A stretch of DNA of 64,000 nucleotides from Thermoleophilia bacterium (lineage in GTDB: Bacteria; Actinomycetota; Thermoleophilia; RBG-16-64-13): contig JAOSKU010000001.1 of NCBI GenBank assembly GCA_027493445.1, forward strand, positions 1,803,936 to 1,867,935, in the 5' to 3' direction. The position numbers were made by a program, and so were the translations under genes. Positions 50,971-60,796 of the stretch are shown one piece after another. The notes beneath the pieces are model-generated. The model was not told where the DNA came from, searched no databases, and was given only the letters and a program-made list of their open reading frames with translations. Position 1 is the first letter of the stretch; the number at the start of each line of letters is the position of its first letter.

Positions 50971-51049
50971 CTGATGACGGTTAAGCGAGCGTCTTCGTCC
51001 GTCATGCAGCCACTCCGTGCCGTTCGATCTCATCCCGGATCGGTAGGAC

Positions 51050-51229
51050 CTGATACGGGCCCCGATTCCGGATCGTCGCGCCCGGTGGTCTTCGAACCGA
51101 AGAGCAGAATGTGCACGACGGGGAAGCGATTCCTCAACAGCCCGGCGGCCGCATCGATCGCCTCACGATCGGGAGTAGCGAGGGGGATGTCGGCCAGGGT
51201 CTTCATGGGTGCAGACTAACACGCCCGTG
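51050..51229 (-). pseudogene. MNT remnant interrupted by the IS256 insertion
   Basis: MKTLADIPLATPDREAIDAAAGLLRNRFPVVHILLFGSKTTG... It terminates abnormally. The IS target duplication lies at its 3' side. Confidence 0.4.
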
Positions 51230-51426
51230 TTAGCTGCGCCTCGGCACTCGACGCGTGGGCGGCGTGGCGCGTGTGTCTCCTGTGGGACTTGCCAGTTGCC
51301 TCTCCAGGTCAGTATAGCTCAAGACTTACGCGACGAGCCCCTGGATTGCCGGCTGGGACTTATAGTGCGATGGCACAATTCATCAACTCGAGATGACATC
51401 CGGGCAGTAGTCGGCTGTGATCTTGA

Positions 51427-51633
51427 TCAAGTCCGCGCGGGAGCGACATCTCCCAGCCCAAGCTGCACCATCACCGCCCGCTCCACCCGTTGAAGCTCGG
51501 AAGGCGAGAGGCGGCCGGCCAGATCGATGAACCGAGCCTTGCCCACGGTGGTCAGTTGATCAGCCATGGCCTTGGCGGGCTTCCCTCTCAGCGTGACCCC
51601 CCGCCCTTCGAGGAGCCGAAAGCGACCCACCAC
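51427..51633 (-). pseudogene. MazF C-terminal fragment (duplicate of 42066-42155 region) with new 5' end
   Basis: ..VTLRGKPAKAMADQLTTVGKARFIDLAGRLSPSELQRVERAV.. The N-terminal 60 aa of a MazF are missing. Confidence 0.5.
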
Positions 51634-51637
51634 ACCT

Positions 51638-51772
51638 CACCCCGCTACAGAACCACGTGCGGACGGGCCAGCGCCTCCAGAAACCGGCTGATGTGCCGGG
51701 GCCCGACCACCCTGCGCAGGCCTTCGTGCACCTCTTCATCGACGGTTATGGTGAGCTTCCTTCTCATAGGGC
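51638..51772 (-). CDS. Small RHH antitoxin (44 aa), not in ORF track
   Basis: Hand translation: MRRKLTITVDEEVHEGLRRVVGPRHISRFLEALARPHVVL stop. Confidence 0.45.
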
Positions 51773-51935
51773 CATCCTCTACACGTGTATCACGTGGGCC
51801 ACGCGCGGGCGCCCGGGCGAGCCACGAGATTCATCGCGCCGGGCCGGAAATCAGGTCTATCGTCTGCTCCCCAGCGGCGAGATCGGCCGCGAAGTCGCCG
51901 TGGTTGGCAACGTCCGCCCTGCCGAGGCCCTGCTG

Positions 51936-53084
51936 CTATCCGGGGTAGTCCCAGGCCGGGCCGAGATCGCGCACGGGAACCACCCAGATATCCTCCGCCA
52001 GCCGATAGGCCGTGCGGCCGGGATACACGACCCACAGACCGGCCAACTCAAGGTCCTCCATCGCGGCCTTCATGGAGCGGGTGAGTCGCGGCGCGTCCTG
52101 GTACTTGCACTCCACTCCCCACGTGCGACCACCCCACTGCCAGAAGAGATCAAGCTCAGCCCCCGCGTGGGTGCGCCAGAAGTAGAGTTCGTGGTCTTCG
52201 CGACCCAGCGCACGGCCGACCACCTCCAGGGCGAAGCCCTCCCACGAGGCACCCAACGCGGGGGAAGACTGCAGCTGCTCGAGTGATTCCAAGGAGAGCA
52301 GGGCATGAAGGAGGCCGCTGTCGCGCAGGTAGAGCTTGGGCCGGCGCACAACGCGTTTGCCGACGTTCGCCGCCCAGGGCTGAAGAAGGCGGATCATGAA
52401 CGCGCCCTCGAGGATCTCGCAATACCTGCGCACCGTCATGTCGGACACGGCGAACGAGCGCGCCAACTCGGAGTAGTTGAGCATCTGACCGTGGTAGTGG
52501 CTGAGCATGGTCCAGAAGCGACGCAGGGTGCGCGCCGGGATGGTGATGCCGAGCTGCGGGATGTCCCGCTCGAGGAAGGTCGAGATATACTGCCGGCGCC
52601 AGACGAGGCTTTCTTCTTCCGTGGATGCCAGGAACGAGCGCGGCAGTCCGCCTCTCAGCCAGAGCGTGGTGATGCTCTCCGGCCCTACGTCGCTCACGCG
52701 GAAACCGCTCAGTTGATGGAAGGCGATACGGCCCGCCAGTGTCTCTGAGCTCTGTCGCAGGAGGTCACGAGACGCGCCTCCCAGGATGAGATACTTCTGA
52801 CCCTCGCCGCGGTCGACCAGGTAGCGAAGCAGAGGGAAGAGGTCGGGCAGGCGCTGGATCTCATCGATAACGATCAAACCCCTCAGCTCTTCGAGGGCCA
52901 ATTGCGGTTGCTCCAACCGGGCGAGATCGCGCGGGTTCTCGAGGTCGAAGGAGTGGTCCGCTTTGAATGATCGGGCCAGCGTTGTCTTCCCGCACTGGCG
53001 TGGCCCCAGGATGGCCGTGACCGGAAAGGCGGCCAAGAGCTTGGAGACGGCCTTGAAGTCCTGTGTCCGCAGGATGAGGCTCAT
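51936..53084 (-). CDS. DUF4143/COG1373 AAA+ ATPase
   Basis: Walker A GPRQCGKTTL and Walker B LIVIDEIQRLP. 382 aa. Confidence 0.8.
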   Translation of the reverse strand: MSLILRTQDFKAVSKLLAAFPVTAILGPRQCGKTTLARSFKADHSFDLENPRDLARLEQPQLALEELRGLIVIDEIQRLPDLFPLLRYLVDRGEGQKYLILGGASRDLLRQSSETLAGRIAFHQLSGFRVSDVGPESITTLWLRGGLPRSFLASTEEESLVWRRQYISTFLERDIPQLGITIPARTLRRFWTMLSHYHGQMLNYSELARSFAVSDMTVRRYCEILEGAFMIRLLQPWAANVGKRVVRRPKLYLRDSGLLHALLSLESLEQLQSSPALGASWEGFALEVVGRALGREDHELYFWRTHAGAELDLFWQWGGRTWGVECKYQDAPRLTRSMKAAMEDLELAGLWVVYPGRTAYRLAEDIWVVPVRDLGPAWDYPG

Positions 53085-53325
53085 GGCCCAGGATAGGCAC
53101 AGAACCTTGAAAACTCCAGCCCTTGGTTTGATATTTCAATGATAAGCGGCAGTCTGGAGATCAAGCCCTGGCCGAAGGGGACACCGAAGAGGCCCTCGCT
53201 GACGTCACGTCGCGTCGCCGAGGCGACAGCCCCGTAGCACGCGTATCCCCGCGGCATCGAGGACCTCTTCATGCAGGTCATTCATCGACACCCAGGAGGT
53301 TCATCCAGGCCTGCGCGACGCGGGG

Positions 53326-53430
53326 CGGTGGTGCTTTAGGAAGAGCGCCGTAGCTATGTGGGCGGGCACGCAGGACAAGGCCGCCCAGAGGTCCTGCGGA
53401 CGCGGCGGCCGGAGCTCCTCACCTGGCGAC
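53326..53430. repeat. Second copy of repeat family A
   Basis: Aligns with 17845-17945. Confidence 0.5.
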
Positions 53431-53463
53431 GAGGATGCCGACGGCCTTGACGCCACCAGGCCC

Positions 53464-53639
53464 GCGCTTAGCAGGCTGCTGAAAAACGAAACCTCGGCCG
53501 CCGGACAGCACTGGGAGGCGTCGTGCGTCGTCCTCCGTCGCGCCCGTAGCGCTGCTACGAGCGCTCCCTGCGTCCTTGCCTGGCGCGTTCCCAGCACACC
53601 CCGGCGGCGAAGCGTCATTCTTCAGCAGCCCGTTAGCGC
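53464..53639. repeat. About 176-nt long imperfect palindrome (element B); arms about 87 nt around centre CGTAGCGCTGCTACG
   Basis: gcgcttagcaggctgctgaa...cgtagcgctgctacg...ttcagcagcccgttagcgc. The reverse complement of the right arm matches the left arm. The same family is at 55188-55358 (C, opposite orientation) and as a half-copy at 45153-45217. Confidence 0.6.
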
Positions 53640-54076
53640 ATGAGGTCCTGCGCGGCAGCCGCCCGCCGGATACCGGGGAGCCCGTCGAAATGTCCGTCGA
53701 AGCTCGCGACCACCGGCATTCCGCCGGGCTCGGGGCCGACGCCCCGCACCGCCGCAAACGCGGCCAGATACGCGTCCACCAGGGGGACGGGGCGGTCCCG
53801 CAGCACCTCCACCATCCGCCAAAGCACGTCACGCTGGTCGAACGCGAGCCCGGGGCACTCGAGTAGCGACGCCAGCAGCGCCGCCGCCGCCCCCCGCTCC
53901 AGACCGAGCACACGCAGAAGCACGAACCCCGTCTCCACCACGATCACCGCAGGAACGAAGAGCTCCACCTGCGCCTGCGCAGCGGCCGCGAAGAGGTCGC
54001 GGGCGGCCGCGGCCGACTCCGGAGGCTCCCCCGTCAGAAAGCGGACGATGACGCTCGTGTCGAGGTAGACCCTCAC
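53633..54076 (-). CDS. vapC: VapC PIN toxin
   Basis: VRVYLDTSVIVRFLTGEP.. GTG start overlapping the vapB stop. Confidence 0.75.
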   Translation of the reverse strand: MRVYLDTSVIVRFLTGEPPESAAAARDLFAAAAQAQVELFVPAVIVVETGFVLLRVLGLERGAAAALLASLLECPGLAFDQRDVLWRMVEVLRDRPVPLVDAYLAAFAAVRGVGPEPGGMPVVASFDGHFDGLPGIRRAAAAQDLMR

Positions 54077-54345
54077 GCCGGCAGGTCCCGGTCGAGCCGC
54101 TCGGATGCCTCGTCCGCCCACGCGGCCGCAGCCGTCCCGCGCAGGGCGGCCTCTCCGCCAGGCACGAGCGAGGCACGATCGCCTAACGATCCGGCCAGCT
54201 CAGCCCAGGGCGCCACCCGCCGGAGCTCCACCCTCCCACCCGCGAGCGACACCTCCACTACATCCCCCTCGCGGATACCAAGAGCCTCCCGGATCTCTTG
54301 GGGTATGGTGATCTGTCCCTTTCGGGTAACCTTGGAAGTCGGCAT
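54073..54345 (-). CDS. vapB: AbrB/MazE/SpoVT-type VapB antitoxin
   Basis: MPTSKVTRKGQITIPQEIREALGIREGDVVEV. Confidence 0.75.
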   Translation of the reverse strand: MPTSKVTRKGQITIPQEIREALGIREGDVVEVSLAGGRVELRRVAPWAELAGSLGDRASLVPGGEAALRGTAAAAWADEASERLDRDLPA

Positions 54346-54371
54346 ACACAACTCCATGTGAGAAGTAGTAC

Positions 54372-54572
54372 CTATATACCCAAGTATATACTATGCGACT
54401 TTGGTTGGAGCTTGCTCCCGACTCCGGCGCGACCCGCTAGCAAGCAGGCGTCGTCGAACATGGCGTAGTACGCGCGGTTGCAGGCTCGGTTCACCGCGAA
54501 GCTGTAGCGAGCAGCCTGGTACTCCGCCTTTGCCAAGGCCGTGGCTTCGGCGGGGAAGAGGAGTTTGTGCAC
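54372..54572 (-). pseudogene. HEPN N-terminal fragment
   Basis: MHKLLFPAEATALAKAEYQAARYSFAVNRACNRAYYAMFDDA then truncated. The same about 70 nt occurs at 49451-49520. Confidence 0.5.
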
Positions 54573-54895
54573 GGATTTGCCGCGGACGTCATGCCTGGCC
54601 TTACAGCTCGGGCTCCCCTCTTGACGCTATGTCGTTTCGCGCGAATCGAGACCGGAGTGCTGCTGCGAAGGCTCCAGCGCGGTGAGCTGATCGGGCTGCC
54701 GCATTCGAGACCCATGGCGTCGATCGGGCCGCGATGTCACGAGCTGCGCATCGTCGACAGAACGCGACCTGGCGTGTGGTCTACCGCATCGACAGCGACG
54801 CCATCGTGATGATCGACGCGTGCAGGCGCCGGCTCCGGGAGTACGATGCCGTAGGCGGGAAGGGGTGAGCGTCATGGACAAGACCAAGAAGAGCC
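54567..54895 (+). CDS. higB: HigB/RelE-family toxin, frameshifted near 54780
   Basis: ..GPRCHELRIVDRTRPG.. then in the +1 frame RVVYRIDSDAIVMIDAC.. Confidence 0.5.
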
Positions 54896-55191
54896 GTCTC
54901 GAGGCCGCCGGCTGGCGGGTCGGGGACGCGGCCGACTTCCTCGGAATGAGTCCTGAGGAGGCCGCGTTTGTCGAACTCAAGCTGGCCCTCGCGGCTTACC
55001 TTCGAGACGTGCGTACGCAGCGCGGCTGGACGCAGGCACAGGTCGCCCGGCAGCTCGGTTCCAGCCAATCCCGCGTCGCCAAGATGGAAGCGGCGGATGG
55101 ATCCGTCTCCGTCGACCTGCTCGTGAAGTCGCTTCTAGCCCTCGGTGCCTCGCGCAAGGAAGTGGGCCGGGTCATCGCACGGGCGGCCTAG
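54874..55191 (+). CDS. higA: HigA-type XRE-family HTH antitoxin
   Basis: MDKTKKSRLEAAGW...TQRGWTQAQVARQLGSSQSRVAKME. Confidence 0.7.
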   Translation: MDKTKKSRLEAAGWRVGDAADFLGMSPEEAAFVELKLALAAYLRDVRTQRGWTQAQVARQLGSSQSRVAKMEAADGSVSVDLLVKSLLALGASRKEVGRVIARAA

Positions 55192-55358
55192 CAGGCTGTC
55201 GGGAAATGACGCTTCGCCGCCGGAGTGCGCTGGGTACGCGCCAGGCAAGGACGCAAGGAGCGCTCGTAGCAGCGCTACGGGCGCGACTGAGGACAACGCA
55301 TGGCGCCGCCCAGTGCGCTCCGGCGGCCGAGGTTTCTTTTTCCGACAGCCTCCTGGCA
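55188..55358. repeat. Long imperfect palindrome (element C), centre CGTAGCAGCGCTACG, between convergent higA and MNT
   Basis: This is the reverse-complement relative of element B. Confidence 0.6.
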
Positions 55359-55383
55359 CGATCCTCTGCCGTTGGCAGCCGCC

Positions 55384-55800
55384 TCACCCGACCCGGACGA
55401 CGACTACTTGTCGGCGTTGGCCGGCAGGGAGCCGGCGGCGGCGCCGCGGCGACTTGACTGACTCTCGGTCAGGTCGCTGACGTACCGCTCGATCTTGGCG
55501 AAGGGCTTCAAGCATATCCGCCACCAACAACTCGAGTGAGCATTCGATAGTCTCGGCAAGCGTGACAAAGCGCAAGCCGATCGAGGGGTCAACGTCGACC
55601 AGGATATCGACGTCGCTCTGCTCGGTGGCATCACCGGTGGCGTACGAGCCAAATAGCCCCATGCTGCGCACGCCGAACCGCGCCTCCAGCTCCGGCTTCT
55701 TGCTTCTCAGGACAGCGAGGATCTCCTCGCGACTTGGGCGGCGTGGATCGCCTCACGGTCGGGAGTAGCAAGGGGGATGTCGACCAACGTCCTCATGGGT
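55384..55800 (-). CDS. MNT nucleotidyltransferase with one or two frameshifts
   Basis: MRTLVDIPLATPDREAI.. then LFGSYATGDATEQSDVDILVDVD.. in another frame. The tail continues in a third frame. Confidence 0.55.
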
Positions 55801-55805
55801 GCAGA

Positions 55806-56348
55806 CTACCATGCGTATCGCCGTGGTGCGCCTCGAGGCCGAAGACTCCCGACCACCGTCTCGAAAGGAGGCAGGTCGGGAACGAGAGGTTCAAGCCACT
55901 GGTTCCAAGTGCTCTGGACGTGAGCAAGCATGACAGGCTGAAAGAAGTCTTCCGCACCCATGAACGTCACCTGACGGACGGCACATTTCGCGGCCACGAA
56001 CGACGCAAAGGCTGCGAAGTCCATCTGATCTCCGTAAGAGCCGAGGATGCGCCATAGATCATAGAAATCCCGGGCACGCGACCGACTCCAGCCCCGCTCA
56101 TTCAGCATTTCGACGTGCTGAAGGATAGCTCGAAGCTTCTCGGCGACAATCTCCTCCATTGAATACACGCGTACCGTCGCAGTGAGAGCCTCACCGTACT
56201 CGTGGAGTATCGCCCGGGACGGTGTCGGCTTGAACACCTGTTCGTCCATTGAGATCTCGACCATAACATGGGTGTGTGGTTGCCGGTGCCATGGGAAACG
56301 GGCTCTGACCGAGAAGGCTTCTTCAAGCCGACTGCGCAGGGGTCTCAT
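55806..56348 (-). pseudogene. AbiEii toxin lacking N-terminal nucleotidyltransferase core
   Basis: Only the C-terminal ..YSMEEIVAEKLRAILQ..RARDFYDLWRIL.. region is present. The GGTAL...DIDF motif is absent. Confidence 0.6.
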
Positions 56349-56965
56349 GACCCCGTTCTTCCCGGCAGATTCACCCGGATCATCCAGCGACGGTTGTATG
56401 GACCGCGACGGGGCCCGCTTGGGTCCAGATTCCGATAGCCGACGATAGGCAGCCCGGCGAGAGCGCGCAGCTTGTTCGGCAGAACCCCTGATTCTTCGAG
56501 CACCCAGCCCAGCCGCTTGGCCGTCGCCACATCAAGCCTGAGGGCATAGTCGATGATCCTGGAGAGGTCCAGGCGCTCGCCGCGCACCTCAAAAGCGTGA
56601 AGGCTCTCTGAAAAGTCACCGCAGTATTGAGGCCTTGACAACCCATCGAGCAGCGTGCGTTCGGGATCGGTTATCGCAACGCGAGCCTCGCCGATCCAGA
56701 CCTGTTCCGTCCCGAAGAACCATTCGCGCTTGGTCTGTACGAACTGGTAGATCGTGCCGGCAACGGAAAACCCGTCCGCCCCGCCGGCATCCCGGTGACC
56801 TCGAAAACGAGGTACAGGGACGTCCAACGGGGTCAGGACGAACACTCTCCGGGGAATCTGTTCGGTGAGGCCGTGATGGTGCATGGCCGACCAATGGCTG
56901 ATGGCGCTTGGACGAGCCAGGGCCATGGCTATTTCGAACTCATGAACAGGCGCAACACCCGGCAT
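56345..56965 (-). CDS. abiEi: AbiEi-family antitoxin/regulator
   Basis: 206 aa. ATGA overlap with the truncated abiEii. Confidence 0.7.
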   Translation of the reverse strand: MPGVAPVHEFEIAMALARPSAISHWSAMHHHGLTEQIPRRVFVLTPLDVPVPRFRGHRDAGGADGFSVAGTIYQFVQTKREWFFGTEQVWIGEARVAITDPERTLLDGLSRPQYCGDFSESLHAFEVRGERLDLSRIIDYALRLDVATAKRLGWVLEESGVLPNKLRALAGLPIVGYRNLDPSGPRRGPYNRRWMIRVNLPGRTGS

Positions 56966-57087
56966 GGCCGTGGAGACAGCGTAGAGTCCTTCTAAAGATG
57001 CGGTCCCCTTCGGCGACCATTCTGCGGACGAGTTCGATGCCGGCTCTAGTGTGGATGGGCTGTTCCCGTGTCATGCAGCAACTTTAT

Positions 57088-57118
57088 GGTGATTGTTCGC
57101 TGGTGTCCAACAATCGCC
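57088..57118. promoter_or_regulatory. Inverted repeat GGTGATTGTT(N11)AACAATCGCC upstream of abiEi copy 2
   Basis: Seen in the sequence 120-150 nt upstream of the start. Confidence 0.3.
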
Positions 57119-57375
57119 AGTACACTACTGTGGGGTTCCGGCCACTTGCGGCGAATAGTGTCTCATCAGGTCGACGCACAACAGGGTCTCGTTCACCGTC
57201 TCCCGCGGCGACAGGACCTTGGCGGAGACGGGCTCGCAATTGAGGAGCGGCGCCTCGGCAAGCCCTCTAAATCGCGCAGGAACGCAAGGATTCCCTGTGG
57301 CGCGACGCGATAGAGATCGGAAGGCAACGATGAAGCACCACGTCCTCCTAGGACGGCCCGGGAGCCCGATCTCTC

Positions 57376-58191
57376 CTACGTGCTCAGCAACCCGGCCGCA
57401 ATTTCAAAGGCCTCGTCGAAACCCAGCGAGTCAACCACCAGGTAGGCGAGGGACGACTCCCAACTGGCGCGGTACTCGGCTCGCCGGGCGCGGAACCGGG
57501 CGGCCGCCCCCTCCAGAACCAAAGCCTTGCGTTTGGTCTTGCGCGGCAACGCCTCGAGCGCGGCACCTGTGTCCGCTCCTCGGCGCACCAATTGCGCGAT
57601 GTCATAGACGTCACGGGCGATGGCGTAGCGTCGCTGTCCGCCAACCGCGCGCAGCTTCTCTGCGAGAATCTCCTCGAGCGCGTAGCATTCGACCGACGAC
57701 ACCCCCAGGCCGGCCGCGTCGTCGTACTCGTGCATGAGCGCGCGGTTGACCGCGTCGAACACGAGCTCCTCATCGGCACTCAAATGGAACTGCATGTTGG
57801 GCGGATTCGGCGTGCGCAAAGCCCCGCGGTAGGGCACCTTGATCTCGATTGACTCGCGACCGTGCTCATCGTTTTGGACGATCGTCCTCGCGTCTTCCAT
57901 GAGCAATCGAATGCCCGCACTGCCTGCCCTCGGCGCTGCGTTCTGCACCAGCGATAGCGCAACGGCAGGAGTCAAGCGACCCGCCACCGTGAAGTCCAAG
58001 TCCTCCGAGAAGCGGTAGTCGCCGAAGTGGCACTTGCGAAGGCAGGTCCCGCCCTTGAACACCCAGCGCGCTGACGAGAGATCCGGCGACAGGGCCCACA
58101 AGACAACCCCTAGCGCATGGTCGCGATCGATCACGGCGGGGTCCACGCCCAGCCTGCGGGCAAGGGACTTGACGGAGGCCTCTGGTATCAC
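57376..58191 (-). CDS. abiEii: AbiEii nucleotidyltransferase toxin (intact)
   Basis: VFKGGTCLRKCHFGDYRFSEDLDFT...YALEEILAEKLRA..ARDVYDI. Confidence 0.8.
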   Translation of the reverse strand: MIPEASVKSLARRLGVDPAVIDRDHALGVVLWALSPDLSSARWVFKGGTCLRKCHFGDYRFSEDLDFTVAGRLTPAVALSLVQNAAPRAGSAGIRLLMEDARTIVQNDEHGRESIEIKVPYRGALRTPNPPNMQFHLSADEELVFDAVNRALMHEYDDAAGLGVSSVECYALEEILAEKLRAVGGQRRYAIARDVYDIAQLVRRGADTGAALEALPRKTKRKALVLEGAAARFRARRAEYRASWESSLAYLVVDSLGFDEAFEIAAGLLST

Positions 58192-59018
58192 GCCCGGTCA
58201 TCTCCGTCGAATCCGCCCGCGTTCACCTGCAGGTTCCACCTACGCAGTGTTCGCCCGGTATGGGGACCGCCTCGCTCGAGCGAGGTGAAGCCCGCACCGA
58301 TCCGCGCCCGCCATGAGTCGAGCCACTCCTCCGCTCCCGGAAGTGCCGCGTTCTCCGCCAGAAAACCCAGGCGCTTGGGCACTGTCCCGCTGCTGAAACG
58401 CGTCATGTACGCACTGAGCTTCTGGAGGTCAAGCTGCGACCACGCCGCACGCAATGCGGGCATGACCTCGCCGATGCCCCCCGCGAGATCGGGGCGATCC
58501 ATGACGTCGACGATCGTGCGCTCGGGATCCGTCACCCGAACACGCAGGCCCCCACGCCATTCCTCGCTGATACCGAAAACCCTGACGGGCTTCAACGTGA
58601 CGAACTTGTAGGGCACGCCCAAGATGATCGCATGCGACTTGAACCGGCGCACCGGAGTCACGAAGAACTGCGTGCGTGGCAACTGTGTGGTCCATCCCCA
58701 GTGACGGACGGCGGTCCAGTAGGCCGCGCCCCCCTCCGGCACGAGGAGGCTGCCGATCACGAGGGGGTCCTCGCTCCAGTCACGATCGGTCCCAGCCGCG
58801 AGCGGAACGAGCATGTACTTGCCCCGCTCCAGTCGTTCGAGCCATCCTTTGCGCTCCAGTTGGGCCAAGGAGTTGCGTGCGTATTGCCCACCGCCCCAGA
58901 ACCCAGCCGCCTGCTCGAACGAGAAAACGTCCCGCCCTGCTCCGGCCATGGTAGCAAGGAACTCGGCCTCTCGCGGTCCAAGTTCCGTTATAGTTCGAGC
59001 CATGTTAATAACCTCCAA
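58188..59018 (-). CDS. abiEi: AbiEi antitoxin (intact)
   Basis: 276 aa. RBS GGAGG before the ATG. Confidence 0.8.
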   Translation of the reverse strand: MEVINMARTITELGPREAEFLATMAGAGRDVFSFEQAAGFWGGGQYARNSLAQLERKGWLERLERGKYMLVPLAAGTDRDWSEDPLVIGSLLVPEGGAAYWTAVRHWGWTTQLPRTQFFVTPVRRFKSHAIILGVPYKFVTLKPVRVFGISEEWRGGLRVRVTDPERTIVDVMDRPDLAGGIGEVMPALRAAWSQLDLQKLSAYMTRFSSGTVPKRLGFLAENAALPGAEEWLDSWRARIGAGFTSLERGGPHTGRTLRRWNLQVNAGGFDGDDRA

Positions 59019-59139
59019 ACAGTTATCTTCATGACGCGTACTATACTACAACGTCAGGGCCTGCCGTGCCCATCGACGACCGAAGCAGCCTCGAGCCCGG
59101 CCGAGGCATGATCCTCAACGCCGGCGGCGCGGGTGGTCA

Positions 59140-60330
59140 CGAGGGTGGCCGGCGACGAGTTGGTGACCTCGGATCGTGCACAGAGGGCGTATCTGAGAGG
59201 TTCCCGGCGCCGCGGTAATCGCTCGGCCTTGCGCTCCAGTCCGCGTATGAGCCTGCCTCCGTCTTCAGACCGGGTCCATTTGGCTTCCCCTACCAGCGTG
59301 GCCTCCCGAGCTCGAGCGTTCAGAACGACGGCGTCGATCGATGACGATGAGACCTCTCAGATCCTCCCGGGCCAGCTGCGACTTTACCGCCCCCGGTGCC
59401 ACTCCCAGGCGTCACGCACTATGTGCTCGAGTGACCCGCGCTCGGGGCGCCAGCCGAGCACTTCCCTGGCCCGCTCATTGGAGGCGATGAGGGTGGCCGG
59501 ATCGCCCGCCCGTCTTGGGCCCATGGTGATCTTGACTTCTCGCCCCGTGACCTCAGCACAGGTGCGCAGCACCTCCAGGCTGGAGAATCCGCGTCCGTTT
59601 CCCAGGTTGAACACTGCGCCCCGCCCGAGCCCGCCTGGACGCCAGCCTCCACACCCTCTGCCCCGCCCCCACCGCCCAGCCACTCTAACCCCAGCCTATG
59701 CGCCTCCGCCAGATCGAGCACGTGGACGAAAGTCGCGCACGTAGGTGCCATCGGGCGTGGGATAGTCGCTGCCGTTGACCTCGAACTCGGCCTTAACTCC
59801 GCCCATAGCCTGCAGGACCCGGGGAATGATGTCCGTCTCAGGTTCGTGCCTCTCCCCCAGAAAGCCGTCCGGCTAGGCCCCGGCCACGTTGAAGTAGCGG
59901 AACCTCACGGTGCGCAAGCCGTGCAGGAGTCCATACCAGTCGAGCAACTGCTCGAACATGAGCTTGGAGCCCCCATAGGCGTTCACGGGAAGAAGGCGCG
60001 CATCTTCGGGAATGGGTACGGCCTCGGACTCTCCGTAGACCGCCGCTGTGGACGAGAACACCAGTCCCCGCACCCCATGCCTCACCATGGCTTCCAGCAT
60101 GACCAAAGGAGCGGCCACGTTGTTCTGGAAGGAGCGTCCGGGGTGGGCCTGCGACTCGGCTACCTCGATGTAGCCGGCAAGGTGCATGACGGCGTCCATG
60201 CCGGGCAGGATCTGGTCGAGGAGCTCGGCGTCACCTACCCTGCCGACGACCAGCGTAGCCCGCGGGTCGACCGCCTCGGCGAGCCGGCGCCGCCGGTGAC
60301 GAGGAAGTTCATACGGTTAACCGTAGCAAG
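59140..60330 (-). pseudogene. galE: Decayed UDP-glucose 4-epimerase (galE) gene preceded by short DUF4143-ATPase fragment
   Basis: Segments MNFLVTGGAG.., ..MDAVMHLAGYIEVAESQ..LVFSSTAAVYGE..NAYGGSK.., ..[17 protein letters not shown].. and ..FNLGNGRGFSSLEVL..GWRPERGSL are spread over three frames, with an internal deletion after GGAG. Confidence 0.6.
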
Positions 60331-60796
60331 TGAGCGACGCGACAGGTACCACATGTTGATTTCCAGGCGCACCGACCAGTTGTTAGGGTACCGGCGGTCG
60401 AGCCGCAGGTGTCGTCGCGGGTCGAAGATACGGCAACTGCTTGAATGGGTCTTCGTCTAGCCCATTTTGATCCCCTGGATGAGTCGATGATGACCTCCAA
60501 ACGTTAGGAGTCGCACGCCCATGAAGTCGTAGGCTGGCGGCACGAAACCGTCGAGTTCCAAGGCCCGGGACCGACCTCAGGCGCGGTGGTTACCGAAACT
60601 CATTCCGCGGGGAAAGCCAGTTTCCACTATGCACCGCCCCGGCCATCCTGACGCCGGGGCAGCAGGGAGCCCATCGGACTTTGCTTGCACGGGACGGGGC
60701 CCATCCCCGGCCGTCGGGATACGTGTTCATTTAGAGCAGAAGATCGCCAATTCCGAAAGGAGTGTCTCTAAGAGGGCAATGCTCCAATAGAGAAGA

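Noticed and set aside
51657-52286. 209-aa plus-strand ORF
   Set aside because: It is mostly antisense to the DUF4143 ATPase gene and has no motif support. The real small gene in this interval is the 44-aa RHH antitoxin on the minus strand.
53464-55358. Possibility that the long palindromic elements are integron attC sites and the island a chromosomal integron cassette array
   Set aside because: Genes are in both orientations. No intI or attI was seen. The terminal boxes (GCGCTTAGC / GTTAGCGC) do not fit the RYYYAAC / GTTRRRY attC cores. The elements are longer and more perfectly palindromic than typical attC sites. The idea is worth a formal IntegronFinder run but is not supported by eye.
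60340-60795. About 450-nt apparently non-coding stretch with several GC hairpins before abiEi copy 4 (candidate ncRNA)
   Set aside because: No conserved structure or repeat copy elsewhere in the window. It cannot be supported from sequence alone.
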